64,000 nt of DNA from an uncultured Verrucomicrobiae bacterium (GCA_963735805.1 CAVTMK010000001.1:64001-128000); one strand, 5' to 3'; positions 9,283 to 20,602 are shown, counted from the stretch's first letter. The notes: generated by a model not told the origin, from the sequence alone. Translations and numbers: made by a program.

Positions 9283-10278
9283 TCAGGTCGCCTCCACCGC
9301 GAGGACCGCAGTGCCTTTCAGTCCGCCGGCGCGAAATCGATCAAGCGCGGTGTTGGCTTGCTCCAAATGGAACGTTTCGGTTTTCGTTTTAACTGGAACG
9401 CGTGGCGCGATAGCGAAAAATTCTTCGCCGTCCCGACGCGTCAAGTTTGCTACCGAGGTGATGACTCGTTCTTCCCAAAGATCTACGTAAGGAAACGAAG
9501 GGATATCGCTCATGTGAATTCCGCCGCAGACCACAATGCCGCCTTTGGCGAGCGCACGCAGCGCTGCAGGCACAAGCGAGCCGACCGAGGCAAAAATTAT
9601 GGCGGCATCTAGTTTTTCCGGCGGCATCTCGTCGGAACCGCCAGCCCAGACTGCGCCCAGTTCCTTGGCGTTCTTCTGCGTCCCGTGGTCTCCCGGTCGG
9701 GTAAACACGAAAAGATCGCGTCCTTCAAAAAGGGCGATCTGTGCGATCAGGTGCCCGGCATTACCAAAGCCATAAATGCCCAGTTTGCGCGCATCCCCGG
9801 TTTTGCGATAAGACCGATAACCAATCAGGCCCGCACAAAGGAGCGGCGCCACCTCGACATCGTTGTAGCTGTCGGGGAGATGAAAACAGAATCGCGCATC
9901 TGCGACTGTGAATTCCGCATAACCACCATCGATCGTATAGCCGGTGAAGCGCGCTCGATCGCACAGATTTTCTCGCTTCGACCGACAATAAGCGCAGTCG
10001 CCATCCGTCCAGCCAAGCCACGGAATACCAACACGGTCGCCGACTTTGAATTTCGAACTTACTTCGTCTCCGATCTCCTCGACACGCCCAACGATTTGAT
10101 GACCTGGTATGAGCGGCAATTTGGGATCCGGCAATTCACCATCGGCTACGTGAAGATCTGTCCTGCACACCGCGCAGGTTGCGATTCGCACAAGCAATTG
10201 TCCCTTGGCCGCCCTCGGTTTCTCTACGTCGCGGAGTTGGAGCGGCTGCCGCGGCTTATCCAGAACCATTGCGCGCAT
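9283..10278 (-). CDS. Zinc-dependent alcohol dehydrogenase (AdhP-like)
   Basis: CRTDLH, PGHQIVG, structural-Zn region C..C.....ENLC, GIYGFG. Confidence 0.9.
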   Translation of the reverse strand: MRAMVLDKPRQPLQLRDVEKPRAAKGQLLVRIATCAVCRTDLHVADGELPDPKLPLIPGHQIVGRVEEIGDEVSSKFKVGDRVGIPWLGWTDGDCAYCRSKRENLCDRARFTGYTIDGGYAEFTVADARFCFHLPDSYNDVEVAPLLCAGLIGYRSYRKTGDARKLGIYGFGNAGHLIAQIALFEGRDLFVFTRPGDHGTQKNAKELGAVWAGGSDEMPPEKLDAAIIFASVGSLVPAALRALAKGGIVVCGGIHMSDIPSFPYVDLWEERVITSVANLTRRDGEEFFAIAPRVPVKTKTETFHLEQANTALDRFRAGGLKGTAVLAVEAT

Positions 10279-10318
10279 GGGCTTCGCCTCGCTTAAGCGT
10301 TAAAAGTTAAGTGGTAGA

Positions 10319-13300
10319 TTAATGGACGCCGGCTGGTTCGGGTTGCATTTCGCCCCTCGCAGGTTCGCCTTCGTGATGGGTGTGCGCGCTGCGAAGGAAT
10401 GGCACCTTATCCAGCACGTGCTCCTGGAACCATTCAAGCCACAGATAGATGACCGGCGTCACAAACAGTGTAATCAGCTGGGAGAAAATCAGACCGCCGA
10501 CGATCACCAGACCGAGCGGGCGGCGAGATGCGGCGTCCTGGCCGAACCCGAGCGCGATGGGGATTGCGCCCATGAGCGCGGCAAGCGTGGTCATCATAAT
10601 AGGCCGAAACCGTTCCATACTGGCTTCATGAATCGCTGAGCGCAGGTCCCAGCCTTCGTCGATTCGTTGCAGGGCAAAATCGACAACCATAATACCATTC
10701 TTCTTCACAATGCCTAACAACAGGAAGAGGCCAATCACGCTGTAAAGCGAGAGGACTGAGTGAAAGAGATACAATGTGGCCAACCCGCCTACTACTGCGG
10801 GCACGATCGCCGGAAACAAGACTGTGAATGGATGCACGTAGCTTTCGTAAAGAATTCCCAGAATGACGTACATAACAAAGACCGCAGCGAGCAGAAGCAT
10901 GGGCAGAGAGCGGAACAGTTGCTGGAACACCAGTGTTTCTCCCTGGAAGATACCTTGCACGGTCGGATAATTTGGATGGATTTGCGCGAAGGCGTCCTCG
11001 ATGAACTTGGTGGCATCGCCGATCGCGACGTCTGGCAACAGATTGAAGTTGAATGTGACACTGGTGAACTGGTTTAAGTGGTTCACCGCCTGCGGACCGA
11101 TAACTTCCTTTGTCGATGTTACAACACGCATCGGGACCAGGCTAGACATATTGCCTGTTGTTGTCGCTATTGTTCCCCCACCCGAGCCGCTTGCGCTGAA
11201 ATTGCCGCTGGTGCTGCTGCGTACGTAGAGATCGCCCAAGTCGTCAGGGTGCGCCCGCTCCTTGTCTTTCACTTCGAGAATGACCTGGTATTGGTCGTCA
11301 GGTTCCTTGATGAGATAGACGTAGTTTTGCGAGTAAGCGTTGCGCATCAGACTTTGGATCGCAGAAGTAGAAACACCGTAGGTTGCGGCGCGATCCCTGT
11401 TGATGTCGATCCTAAGATTTGGCGTGTCGTGGTAGTAATCCGAGCGGACACTGGCAAATCCTTTAAACTGTTGCAGCTTTTCCATCAGTTGATCGGCAAC
11501 CGCATAGACATCCTGCGGCACGATGCCGCTAATCGTGTAGGCGTACTGCCCCTGTGTCTGACTCGTGGCACCGACACTGATTTGCAGGACAGGGCTGGGC
11601 GTTAACACGGCTGCGATGCCGGGAATAGAACCAAGAGATTTTTGGAGTCGCAAAATGATTTGATCGACGGGGGGACGCTCGCTACGCGGTTTTAGAAAAA
11701 GAAACAGGAGTCCCTGCGATAACGCCGTGCGCGAGGAAAAACCAGCGAGAGTGAAAAATTGCCCGACGGCTGGATCCTCTTGGATTTTCTTGTTGACCTC
11801 CGATTGATACGCTCGCATCTGGGCGGGTGATGAGCCTTCCTTGGCGATGAATACGCCGCGAATGAAACCGCTATCGCCCGGTGGCAGTAACGTAAACGGT
11901 AAATGAGTGAAGAAGAACCACAGACCAAGAATACAGGCGAGCACGATCGGCACAGTGAGCCACGCGCGATCGAGAAACCAATCGAGAGCGCGACCGTAAA
12001 CAGCGATCACGCCTTTGATGAAATTGCTGGTGTGCCGTTCCATCCAGGCGCGTTTGTGGCCAGCTTTGCGCTCTCCCAAAATACGCGCGCACATCAGTGG
12101 CGTGAGCGTTAACGAGACAAGCCCCGACGCAAGAATCGCCACGATAATCGTGACGGAGAATTCGCGGAAAATGCGGCCGAGCAGTCCGGGGATGAAAACG
12201 AGCGGAATGAAAACCGCTGCGAGCGAAAGGGTCATCGACAGAATTGTGAAGGAAATTTCGCCGGCGCTGTTGAATGTCGCTTTAAGGATGGACTCACCGT
12301 GCTCGGCCCGGCGAACTACGTTTTCCAAAAAAACAATTGCGTCATCGACAAGGAAGCCGATGGCCAGCGTCAGAGCCATCAACGTGAGATTATTGATGGA
12401 AAAATTGAGCATGTACATCACGGCCACGGTGAGCAGCAACGACATCGGCAGCGCCACGGCCGGGATCAGCGTATCCGTCGCACGTCCAAGAAAAACGTAA
12501 ATGACTCCCACAACCAGTACGAATGCGATTATCAGAGTCCATTTCACTTCGTCAGCGGAATTGACGATGGTTTGTGACCGGTCGAACACCGGCGTGAATG
12601 TGATCGAGCCCGGCAGGCTCGCGCGCAACTCAGGGAATAGGGCTTTCACTGAGCTGGCAACCTCTACTGCGTTGGCGCCTGCCTGGCGAGAAACCGCAAG
12701 TACAACCACAGAGCCGGGCGGCTTCAAACCGCGCACCCAGAAAAAGCGCGAGATGCGCTCGTCCTGTACGCTTTGGCGCACATCAGCGACGTCGCGGAGG
12801 TAGACGGGCGAGCCGTTTGGGTTGCGCGCCACGATCAACTCGCGATAACCCTCAGCCTGATCGATTTGTCCATTAGGCTGCAGCACAAAGGTACGATGCG
12901 CGCCGTCGAATTGGCCCGCTCCGGAATAAACAGTTCCCGATTTAATCCCACTGGCCAGATCGTCCATGGTCAGGCCCCGCGCAGCCAGTGCCGATGGGTC
13001 AGCCTTGACCCGAATCGCACCTTGCACACCGTAAATGTTCACTTGCGAAACCCCTGGAAGAATGTTGATGCGCTGCGCGACTGCGGTGGACGCGTACTTA
13101 TACAGGTCCCAATCCGTCAGCGTGTCTGACATCAAGGCTAACAAGTAAACGGACTGATCGTTCGGGTTCGTTTTGGTGAACGTAGGAGGACTCGGCAGAT
13201 CGAGTGGTAACTTGCCTGTGGCACGCTGGATAGCGGCCTGAACATCGGTCGCGGCGTCGACGATGCTCTTGCTCAGAATGAACTGCAACGTGAACGATGT

Positions 13301-13684
13301 GTTGCCCTGCGTGCTATTGCTGGTGATAATATCGAGCCCGGGAATTTGCAGAAATTGTTTTTCCAGCGGCGTGGCGATGTTGTTGGCCATCGTCGTAGGG
13401 TCCGCACCCGGATAAGAACAGGTGACTTGAATGACCGGGTAATCAACGGCAGGTAGATCGTTGACAGCAAGCTTCCCGTAAGTCGCCAGACCGGCGACGA
13501 TCACGGACAACGTCAGTAGCACGGTCATCACGGGCCGACGAATGAACGGCCCGGAGAGCCCTGAGCCTTCGACCGGGACTAACTTTGCCGTCGACTCAGG
13601 CAAGTCCTGGGCAAACGACCTCGATCCAAGCCGCTCCTTATCTTTTACTTCGCGGTCGCCGTCATGGTGGTCCGCATCATTCAT
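10319..13684 (-). CDS. RND efflux transporter permease (MdtB/MdtC-like)
   Basis: PFIRRPV, GFLVDDAIVFLEN, GIVKKNGIMVVDFA, RFRPIMMTT; alternative GTG start at 13690. Confidence 0.93.
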   Translation of the reverse strand: MNDADHHDGDREVKDKERLGSRSFAQDLPESTAKLVPVEGSGLSGPFIRRPVMTVLLTLSVIVAGLATYGKLAVNDLPAVDYPVIQVTCSYPGADPTTMANNIATPLEKQFLQIPGLDIITSNSTQGNTSFTLQFILSKSIVDAATDVQAAIQRATGKLPLDLPSPPTFTKTNPNDQSVYLLALMSDTLTDWDLYKYASTAVAQRINILPGVSQVNIYGVQGAIRVKADPSALAARGLTMDDLASGIKSGTVYSGAGQFDGAHRTFVLQPNGQIDQAEGYRELIVARNPNGSPVYLRDVADVRQSVQDERISRFFWVRGLKPPGSVVVLAVSRQAGANAVEVASSVKALFPELRASLPGSITFTPVFDRSQTIVNSADEVKWTLIIAFVLVVGVIYVFLGRATDTLIPAVALPMSLLLTVAVMYMLNFSINNLTLMALTLAIGFLVDDAIVFLENVVRRAEHGESILKATFNSAGEISFTILSMTLSLAAVFIPLVFIPGLLGRIFREFSVTIIVAILASGLVSLTLTPLMCARILGERKAGHKRAWMERHTSNFIKGVIAVYGRALDWFLDRAWLTVPIVLACILGLWFFFTHLPFTLLPPGDSGFIRGVFIAKEGSSPAQMRAYQSEVNKKIQEDPAVGQFFTLAGFSSRTALSQGLLFLFLKPRSERPPVDQIILRLQKSLGSIPGIAAVLTPSPVLQISVGATSQTQGQYAYTISGIVPQDVYAVADQLMEKLQQFKGFASVRSDYYHDTPNLRIDINRDRAATYGVSTSAIQSLMRNAYSQNYVYLIKEPDDQYQVILEVKDKERAHPDDLGDLYVRSSTSGNFSASGSGGGTIATTTGNMSSLVPMRVVTSTKEVIGPQAVNHLNQFTSVTFNFNLLPDVAIGDATKFIEDAFAQIHPNYPTVQGIFQGETLVFQQLFRSLPMLLLAAVFVMYVILGILYESYVHPFTVLFPAIVPAVVGGLATLYLFHSVLSLYSVIGLFLLLGIVKKNGIMVVDFALQRIDEGWDLRSAIHEASMERFRPIMMTTLAALMGAIPIALGFGQDAASRRPLGLVIVGGLIFSQLITLFVTPVIYLWLEWFQEHVLDKVPFLRSAHTHHEGEPARGEMQPEPAGVH

Positions 13685-13686
13685 TA

Positions 13687-14886
13687 TCACAGTGCGCTTT
13701 CTGAAACGGTCGAGTCCTGAGTCTTGTCGGAGTTTTGAGAAACGTACGGCTGGGGTGCTACTTTCGCTCCTGGCGAAAGCGCAAGCTGCCCAGTCACGAC
13801 CACAGTCTCGTCGGGTTTCACTCCCTCGACCACAGTAAGGTCGCCTTCCTGCCGTTGGCCGGGCTTCACGCGACGAAGATCGACAGTGTTGTCGGGTTTC
13901 ACCACAAACACAAACGGCCCACTCTGGCTAACCTGGACGGCCTGCGACGGAACAAGCGCCGCATTCTTGAGTATGTCCAGGATGAAACGGACCCGCACAA
14001 ATTCCGAGGGCCAGAGCGCGCGGTCAGGATTCGGCGTGACACCGCGGGCTTTCACCGTTCCAGAGCCCGGCTGCACTGCGTTGTCGATGAAGTAAAGACC
14101 GCCCAAACGTGGCTTGATTGAACCATCCGGGAGGTAGGTCTGCACTTTGACGTTCGGACCCCCGAGATACTTTCGCACCAACGGAAGATCGTTCTCAGCC
14201 ACAGTGAAATCAGTGTAAATCGGGTCTAAACCTAGAATGGTGACCAACGGCGTAGTCGAGGGTCCAACCAGATTGCCAACGTCAACGTTCCGCAGACCGA
14301 CGCGTCCGTTGATTGGGGATTTGATATAGCAAAAATCAACATTTACCTGGGCAGCTTCCACGGCAGCCTGCGATTTCTGCGCGTTCGCCACAGCAGTGTC
14401 GTAGTCCTGCTGTGATATGACTTTTCTAGCGCGCAGGTCTTCTTGCCGTTTCAAGTTCACCTGATCTAACGCGGCTTGCGCTTTGTCCTGGTCGAGGACC
14501 GCTTGAAACGGACGCGGATCAATCGTGAAGAGGGGATCGCCCTTTTTCACATCCGCGCCGTCTTGAAAATCGCGTGTGATGATTTGCCCGTTCACCTGCG
14601 CCTGGACCAGCACCGTTTCGTAAGCCGCGCACGTGCCGATTTCATCGAGGTAAAGTGGCACATCTTTAGTGACAACTTTGGCAACCGTCACAGGACGCAC
14701 CACAGGTTGCGCCGCTTTTGACATATCGACCCCTCGCTGAAAACTGCGAAGCAGAACTAAAACGGCCAATATGGCAAAAAGCACGTAGGCCCACCGCGGA
14801 ACGGACTGCGCTCCTTTCCGTCGAACCTTTGTTATCTGAGGCGCTTTATTCACCACGCGACGCTCTTCTTCTTGCACAATGTTCAT
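13687..14886 (-). CDS. RND efflux periplasmic adaptor (MdtA-like)
   Basis: N-terminal TM, GADVKKGDPLFTIDPRPF, IKSPINGRVG; ATG overlaps the MarR stop (ATGA). Confidence 0.92.
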   Translation of the reverse strand: MNIVQEEERRVVNKAPQITKVRRKGAQSVPRWAYVLFAILAVLVLLRSFQRGVDMSKAAQPVVRPVTVAKVVTKDVPLYLDEIGTCAAYETVLVQAQVNGQIITRDFQDGADVKKGDPLFTIDPRPFQAVLDQDKAQAALDQVNLKRQEDLRARKVISQQDYDTAVANAQKSQAAVEAAQVNVDFCYIKSPINGRVGLRNVDVGNLVGPSTTPLVTILGLDPIYTDFTVAENDLPLVRKYLGGPNVKVQTYLPDGSIKPRLGGLYFIDNAVQPGSGTVKARGVTPNPDRALWPSEFVRVRFILDILKNAALVPSQAVQVSQSGPFVFVVKPDNTVDLRRVKPGQRQEGDLTVVEGVKPDETVVVTGQLALSPGAKVAPQPYVSQNSDKTQDSTVSESAL

Positions 14887-15353
14887 TTTCTTACCGTTGA
14901 CCGGAATTTCAGTACCCCGTTTCCGTTTTTCCCTTCTGCCTTTTCGCAAATCTGCGTGAGCACGCGCACACAAGTACGCAAGTCCGCCGCCGAAACATTT
15001 TCCAGTAATTCGTGGCGAAGTTTTTCGGCGGCTGCGTTGATTTGGGAAATCACCCGCTGAGCGCGCCGGCCAAGGAACACCATTTTGCAGCGACGATCGT
15101 GCGATGAATTCCTGCGGTTAATCCAACCCTCGTTCTCCAGACGATGCAACAGCGTCACCAATGACGGCGCCTCGATCCCAAGCCTCTCCGCTATTTCGGC
15201 CTGTGTAAGAGCATCTCCTGCCAGTGAGAGATGCAGCAGCGTGCGCCACTTTGCCTGGCTCAGGCCCATTGGCTTCAGTCGTTCGTCCAACTTTAGTCGC
15301 CAGGCACGAGCGGTTCCATGGAGCAATGGCCCTAATGATTCATCATCGGACAT
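14883..15353 (-). CDS. MarR/SlyA-family transcriptional regulator
   Basis: LKPMGLSQAKWRTL, wHTH LTQAEIAERLGIEAPSLVTLLHRLE, DRR motif. Confidence 0.92.
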   Translation of the reverse strand: MSDDESLGPLLHGTARAWRLKLDERLKPMGLSQAKWRTLLHLSLAGDALTQAEIAERLGIEAPSLVTLLHRLENEGWINRRNSSHDRRCKMVFLGRRAQRVISQINAAAEKLRHELLENVSAADLRTCVRVLTQICEKAEGKNGNGVLKFRSTVRK

Positions 15354-15366
15354 GTGACGTAGATCA

Positions 15367-15390
15367 AATTGGTTAGCATGCTAACCAATT
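15367..15390. promoter_or_regulatory. MarR/SlyA operator, perfect 24-bp palindrome
   Basis: AATTGGTTAGCATGCTAACCAATT, 13 bp upstream of the MarR start; core TTAGCATGCTAA resembles the SlyA box TTAGCAAGCTAA. Confidence 0.8.
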
Positions 15391-15417
15391 CCAATCTGCC
15401 AGCCTGTCAATGTTCAT

Positions 15418-16845
15418 TTAAGGGCCAACTTCGAAGAGAAGCACCTCGCGTTTGCGATAATCCTGCACACGAGCACGCAAATGCGCACGTCGCGGCGCCC
15501 ATTGTGGCGTGGTTGTCGCTTCGGTTTCTTTATCGCTTTGAACAAGAAAATAATGCGCGTCAGCCGGCACCTCCCGAACGTTACTTACGTATTCCAGCGG
15601 CGCCTTCACGTAAAAAAATACCGGCTGATACTCTGGATCCACCGCGTAAAGCGTCTCATTTTGCGGAACCAGAGCATTAATTTCCGCGGCGGCCTTCTTC
15701 ACTTGTTGCCTGTTTCTCAAGATTACCGCCGTGAGTGGATAACCAATCCCTCCAACTACGAGTCCAACTCCAACAAAAAGCGCAACTATTTTTGCCCATG
15801 TTCGTTGCTGTGACGTCCCTTTCTCCGAAGGCCACCCTAATGCATGTCCGGTATAGCTCATCGCCAGTAGCCATGAAGCTGGAGCTATTACCGGCATGCT
15901 GTATCGGGGCAATGCCCCGGGAACGAGGTTAATAGCGAGAAACGGTACGGCTATTCCCCACGCGAGAGAACCGGCGAGCCGTTGCTCCGCGTCATCGTGA
16001 AACTTTGAAAACCTGACGAAGGGAAAGAGAAGAACCCAGGGCAGAAAATAGACAAGACCACGCGGGATATTTTGAATCCAACTTATCAGCTTGAAATCGA
16101 CGCCCTGGAGACGGCCTGTGAACTGATTTGACCACTTCACTGCTGCCGCGTGCGTCGTCGTACTGTACAAGAACGGAATCGCCCAGATGGCGAAAATCCC
16201 CAGCATGATCGCTAACCCGGCGAAATGCGCCGGGTGAATAAGAAGTCGCCATTGTTTCATTTGCCAAAGAACGGCAAAGACGATCGCATAAAAAAATATG
16301 AGGTGCGTTGGACCTTTCGCCAAAAGCCCAAGCCCTAGAAAAACGGATGCCGGGACCCAGATCAGCCACGGCGATTTCCGCTGGAGCAAAAAGCTCAGCC
16401 AAAAAATAATCGCAAGACTACAAAGAGAGATATAGAGGGCTTCGATTTCAATTAATCGACCTTTTTCGATCATTCCGATGTTTGTCATCCAAATGAGAGC
16501 CGCGATGATCGATCCTTTTGGGCCTAGACTGCCACGCGCCACGGTAACAAACGCGACGGCCACTGCGAGGACGACAACTGCCGATGGCAGACGCGCGGTC
16601 CATTCGTTGCGCACTCCAAAAATCCGGAACGATGCCGCTACCAGCCAGTTTACGAGCGGCGGTTTTCGAAAATATGGATTTCCTCCAACTTCAGGAACAA
16701 TATAGTTGCCTGTCTGCAGCATCCCGATCGCCGGCAGGATTCGTCGTCCTTCTTCTCCTTTGATCGCAATAGAACCGAGCGCAGGTAAGTAAATCACCGC
16801 CCACACCAGAACGACGACAAGGACGGCTCGAAGGCGCGAATTCAT
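15418..16845 (-). CDS. ArnT/PMT-like GT-C glycosyltransferase
   Basis: GEEGRR, PYFRKPPLVNWL, EWTARLPS, LLAKGP; many TM helices. Confidence 0.85.
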   Translation of the reverse strand: MNSRLRAVLVVVLVWAVIYLPALGSIAIKGEEGRRILPAIGMLQTGNYIVPEVGGNPYFRKPPLVNWLVAASFRIFGVRNEWTARLPSAVVVLAVAVAFVTVARGSLGPKGSIIAALIWMTNIGMIEKGRLIEIEALYISLCSLAIIFWLSFLLQRKSPWLIWVPASVFLGLGLLAKGPTHLIFFYAIVFAVLWQMKQWRLLIHPAHFAGLAIMLGIFAIWAIPFLYSTTTHAAAVKWSNQFTGRLQGVDFKLISWIQNIPRGLVYFLPWVLLFPFVRFSKFHDDAEQRLAGSLAWGIAVPFLAINLVPGALPRYSMPVIAPASWLLAMSYTGHALGWPSEKGTSQQRTWAKIVALFVGVGLVVGGIGYPLTAVILRNRQQVKKAAAEINALVPQNETLYAVDPEYQPVFFYVKAPLEYVSNVREVPADAHYFLVQSDKETEATTTPQWAPRRAHLRARVQDYRKREVLLFEVGP

Positions 16846-16955
16846 TGGATGCTGGACGTTCGATATTGCGCGGTGAACGTCAAATTAAACCGAACGCCCA
16901 GCTTGACGGAAAGCCCTTAAACCGGTAACTTAAGCGTCGAGTCCGCGCGCTGATC

Positions 16956-16984
16956 AGAGTGGGAACTAGCGTCCCACTCTTTTT
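16956..16984 (+). terminator. rimP-leader-like attenuator hairpin upstream of nusA
   Basis: AGAGTGGGA-actagcg-TCCCACTCT followed by TTTT; matches the GAGTGGG...CCCACTC leader known upstream of rimP-nusA-infB operons. Confidence 0.7.
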
Positions 16985-17005
16985 AGTCTGCGGGCTGCAT
17001 GTTTT

Positions 17006-18256
17006 ATGAACGCAGAATTTATTGCCATGCTCGATTACCTGGAGCGGGAGCGCGGGATTAAACGCGATATCCTGATCGAGGCGGTCTCGAACGCTCTGCT
17101 CTCAGCATCGAAGAAGAGTGTGGGCGCTTCGCGTGATCTACACATCGACATCAATCCGAAAACTGGAGAAATCCGGGCCCTGGCAAATCTTATGGTTGTC
17201 GAGGAAGTCGCTAATCCGCAGGATGAGATAGAGCTGTCGAAAGCGCGCAAGATCAAGCCGGATGCAAATGTCGGCGAGATTATTGAAGTGGAAGTAACAC
17301 CGAAGAATTTTGGACGCATTGCGGCGCAAACTGCAAAACAAGCCATGATGCAACGGATTCGCCAGGTCGAGAAAGAAATGATCTATGAGGAGTTCAAAGA
17401 CCGTGCCGGCGAAATCGTGAGCGGAACGGTGCGCCGCTTCGAGCGATCAGATGTCATCCTCGATCTTGGAAAATTTGAGGCCGTCATGCCGCAACGCGAG
17501 CGCGTAATAGTCGAAGATTACAATGTAGGTGATCGACTCCGTGCGTACGTCGTGGCCGTGGATAACGGCATTCGCGGACCGGAGATCATTGTGTCGCGCA
17601 GCCATCCCAATTTCGTGCGCAGGCTTTTCGAGTTGGAAGTGAGTGAAATCGCGGATGGCACCGTCGAGATTCGCGGAATCGCACGGGAAGCTGGCTATCG
17701 TACGAAGATCGCCGTCTGGAGCGCGAACGAAAAAGTGGATCCTGTGGGGGCATGTGTCGGCATGCGCGGCTCGCGCGTCAAAAATATCGTACGCGAGCTG
17801 AACAACGAAAAGGTCGATATCATTCGCTGGAGCTCGGATCCAAAGGAATACATCCTCGAAGCACTAAAACCGGCAAAAGTGAAGAATCTTGCGTTCGATA
17901 CTGAGAAGAAAAGTGTGCAGATATCGGTTGATGAAGATCAGCTTTCTCTCGCTATCGGGAAAAAGGGACAGAATGCGCGGTTGACTTCCCGACTGACCGG
18001 CTGGGAGATCAATATCGGTAGAGACACTTCTGCGACAACAGTCGTAGAACAAAAGGTGGCGCAAGCAGCGCAGACCCTTGCGGGAGCACTGCCGGTTACG
18101 GATGAGCAGGCGCTCGCCCTTGTAAAATCCGGTTTTACGAACCTGGAAGGATTGCGCGATGCGGATGTGCAGGATTTAGTGGATATTCTCGCGGTCGATG
18201 AGACAAAGGCACGCGAGATTTACGAGGCCGTCCATAGGCAGGAACTCGTACAATAA
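17006..18256 (+). CDS. nusA: Transcription termination/antitermination factor NusA
   Basis: FGRIAAQTAKQ, AREAGYRTKIAV, GACVGMRGSRV, AIGKKGQNARL. Confidence 0.97.
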   Translation: MNAEFIAMLDYLERERGIKRDILIEAVSNALLSASKKSVGASRDLHIDINPKTGEIRALANLMVVEEVANPQDEIELSKARKIKPDANVGEIIEVEVTPKNFGRIAAQTAKQAMMQRIRQVEKEMIYEEFKDRAGEIVSGTVRRFERSDVILDLGKFEAVMPQRERVIVEDYNVGDRLRAYVVAVDNGIRGPEIIVSRSHPNFVRRLFELEVSEIADGTVEIRGIAREAGYRTKIAVWSANEKVDPVGACVGMRGSRVKNIVRELNNEKVDIIRWSSDPKEYILEALKPAKVKNLAFDTEKKSVQISVDEDQLSLAIGKKGQNARLTSRLTGWEINIGRDTSATTVVEQKVAQAAQTLAGALPVTDEQALALVKSGFTNLEGLRDADVQDLVDILAVDETKAREIYEAVHRQELVQ

Positions 18257-18311
18257 TATGGCTCTGGTTTAGGGAAGCTCGGGCCATGAGCAAAATTTTA
18301 AACGAACAACA

Positions 18312-20552
18312 ATGGCAACGAAAACGAGCAGCAAAACTGCAACGCGCAAACCAGCCGCGCGCGGAACTACTGCTGCTCGCAAGCCGGCAGCCGCCGCTAA
18401 GACAAAACTTCCAAAGCAAAAAATAAAGGAGGATGTTGCGCCGGCGACCAAGTCGGGCACCCCTTCCCCCGCAAGACCGGATACAGACACTGCTCGGCCT
18501 TTAACTCGCGAAGCAGAGAGCGTTTCGCTCATCGATCGGAAAAAACCGAGTAAAAAGGCCGAAGACGGCCAGGTAAAACAGAAGCGAGCCGTTTTACCTC
18601 CAATTTCCCGCATCCGGGCCGCGCTGGAAACTCCGCCAACTCCCCAAAAAACGGCGCCGCCGCCAAAGAGCACGGTAGCGGAACCGCCCCAAACCGAAGC
18701 GTCCAGCGCTGCTGCTGGCGAAGACATTCCCCCAGATGCAACGGCGTTAGCGTCTATTGAGCCAGAAACCGCAGCGCAGAACGTCATCCTTATCAAGCCG
18801 CCAATTGTCGTTAAGCAACTGGCAACCGAGCTGGGGTTAAAGCCGCATCAACTCATCGCGGAGTTAATGAATTACAACATCTTCGCGAACATCAATCAGA
18901 CAATCGAGCCAGATATCGCTTCAAAGATCGCGGAAAGCCATGGCTTTGTTCTGGAAAAGGAGCGCCGCGAAAAAGGAGGAGGCGTTCACAAGGTTGAACA
19001 GGTGGTCGTGGCGCCTCCACCGCCAGTTATTGAAAAGAAAGAAGAACTCAAGCCACGGGCACCCATTATCACGTTCATGGGACATGTGGATCACGGCAAG
19101 ACGACGTTGATGGACGCAATTCGGAAAACTCGCGTCGCTGCGGGCGAAGCTGGCGGGATCACCCAACATATCGGCGCGTATAGCGTTAGTCATAACGGCG
19201 CAACGCTCACATTTATCGATACACCCGGGCATGCCGCCTTCACGGCGATGCGAGCGCGTGGTGCTAATGTCACGGATATCGTCGTCCTCGTAGTCGCAGC
19301 CGACGATGGCATCATGCCACAAACGAATGAAGCGATTAATCACGCCAAGGCCGCGCCACACGTAAAGATTATGGTCGCGATCAACAAGATTGATCTTCCT
19401 TCGGCAAATGTAGACAGAGTAAAGAAGCAACTCCAGGAACATGGCCTTAGCCCGGAAGACTGGGGAGGCGAAACAATTGTTTGTCCAGTCTCAGCAACGA
19501 AAGGCACGGGAATCGACCACCTGCTTGAGATGATCGCACTGCAGGCGGAGGTAATGGAACTTAAAGCGTCGCCCACGGCCACGCCTCGAGGCACCGTAAT
19601 TGAAGCTCAAGTCGAAGCCGGGCGCGGTCCAACTGCTACCGTGATCGTCCAGATGGGGACCTTAAGAACCGGCGACCCTTTTATCTGCGGGGATTACAGC
19701 GGCAAAGTAAAATCACTCCTGGACGACCGCGGGAAGCCAGTCAAGGAAGCCGCTCCCTCAATGCCGGTGAAGGTGCTCGGTTTCATTGGGCTACCCGACG
19801 CGGGCGATGAACTGCTTGTGATGGATTCCGAACGCTCGGCAAAGACCCTGAGCGAAGAACGTTTGCTGGCTAAGCGCGCCGATAAGTTGACGGTTCCTAA
19901 ACGAGCCACACTTGAAAGCCTGCTCGAGACTACAGGAGGAAAGAAAGTCCTGCGGATCGTGCTGAAGTGCGACGCCCAAGGCTCACTGGAAGCATTGGTT
20001 GGAGCGTTGAAACAAATCGAAAGCAAAAAGGTCGATCTTGAAATCATCCACTCTGCGGTCGGGCCGATTTCAGAGTCGGATATTCTGTTGGCAAGCGCTT
20101 CGAATGCTGTGGTGGTCGGTTTCAATGTCAAAGTAGAGAGCATGGCGGTTCCTGCCGCGAAGAGCGAAGGAGTCCAGGTCAAACTTTACAGCATCATCTA
20201 TGAGTTACTCGATCAGATCAAAGAAGCGATGGCCGGTTTGCTTGATCCCGAACATCGGGAAACGGTTATCGGACACGCTGAAGTGAAACAGGTTTTCCAA
20301 CTTAGCAGAGGCATTGTCGCTGGGTGCCTGGTTACTGACGGTCGTATAGCTCGTGCCGGCCGGGCACGCGTTCTTCGCAGGCGACAACCTGTTTATGACG
20401 GCGGGATTTCGACGTTACGCCGTTTCCAAGACGACGTGAAGGACGTGCGCTCGGGATTGGAATGTGGAATCAAGCTGGGTGATTTCAATGAATATCAAGT
20501 AGCCGACGTGATCGAGTGTTATCAACTCGAAGCTATCGCGCAAAAATTGTGA
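18312..20552 (+). CDS. infB: Translation initiation factor IF-2
   Basis: [32 protein letters not shown]; low-complexity K/A/P-rich N-terminus. Confidence 0.97.
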   Translation: MATKTSSKTATRKPAARGTTAARKPAAAAKTKLPKQKIKEDVAPATKSGTPSPARPDTDTARPLTREAESVSLIDRKKPSKKAEDGQVKQKRAVLPPISRIRAALETPPTPQKTAPPPKSTVAEPPQTEASSAAAGEDIPPDATALASIEPETAAQNVILIKPPIVVKQLATELGLKPHQLIAELMNYNIFANINQTIEPDIASKIAESHGFVLEKERREKGGGVHKVEQVVVAPPPPVIEKKEELKPRAPIITFMGHVDHGKTTLMDAIRKTRVAAGEAGGITQHIGAYSVSHNGATLTFIDTPGHAAFTAMRARGANVTDIVVLVVAADDGIMPQTNEAINHAKAAPHVKIMVAINKIDLPSANVDRVKKQLQEHGLSPEDWGGETIVCPVSATKGTGIDHLLEMIALQAEVMELKASPTATPRGTVIEAQVEAGRGPTATVIVQMGTLRTGDPFICGDYSGKVKSLLDDRGKPVKEAAPSMPVKVLGFIGLPDAGDELLVMDSERSAKTLSEERLLAKRADKLTVPKRATLESLLETTGGKKVLRIVLKCDAQGSLEALVGALKQIESKKVDLEIIHSAVGPISESDILLASASNAVVVGFNVKVESMAVPAAKSEGVQVKLYSIIYELLDQIKEAMAGLLDPEHRETVIGHAEVKQVFQLSRGIVAGCLVTDGRIARAGRARVLRRRQPVYDGGISTLRRFQDDVKDVRSGLECGIKLGDFNEYQVADVIECYQLEAIAQKL

Positions 20553-20602
20553 TGAAGCAGTTAAAACGTTAAACAGTTTTAACTATTTACATTCCGCCTT
20601 CC

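Noticed and set aside
9685..13838. Long antisense ORFs over the adh and RND genes (and similar ones elsewhere)
   Set aside because: Shadow ORFs expected from GC-rich codon bias opposite well-supported genes.
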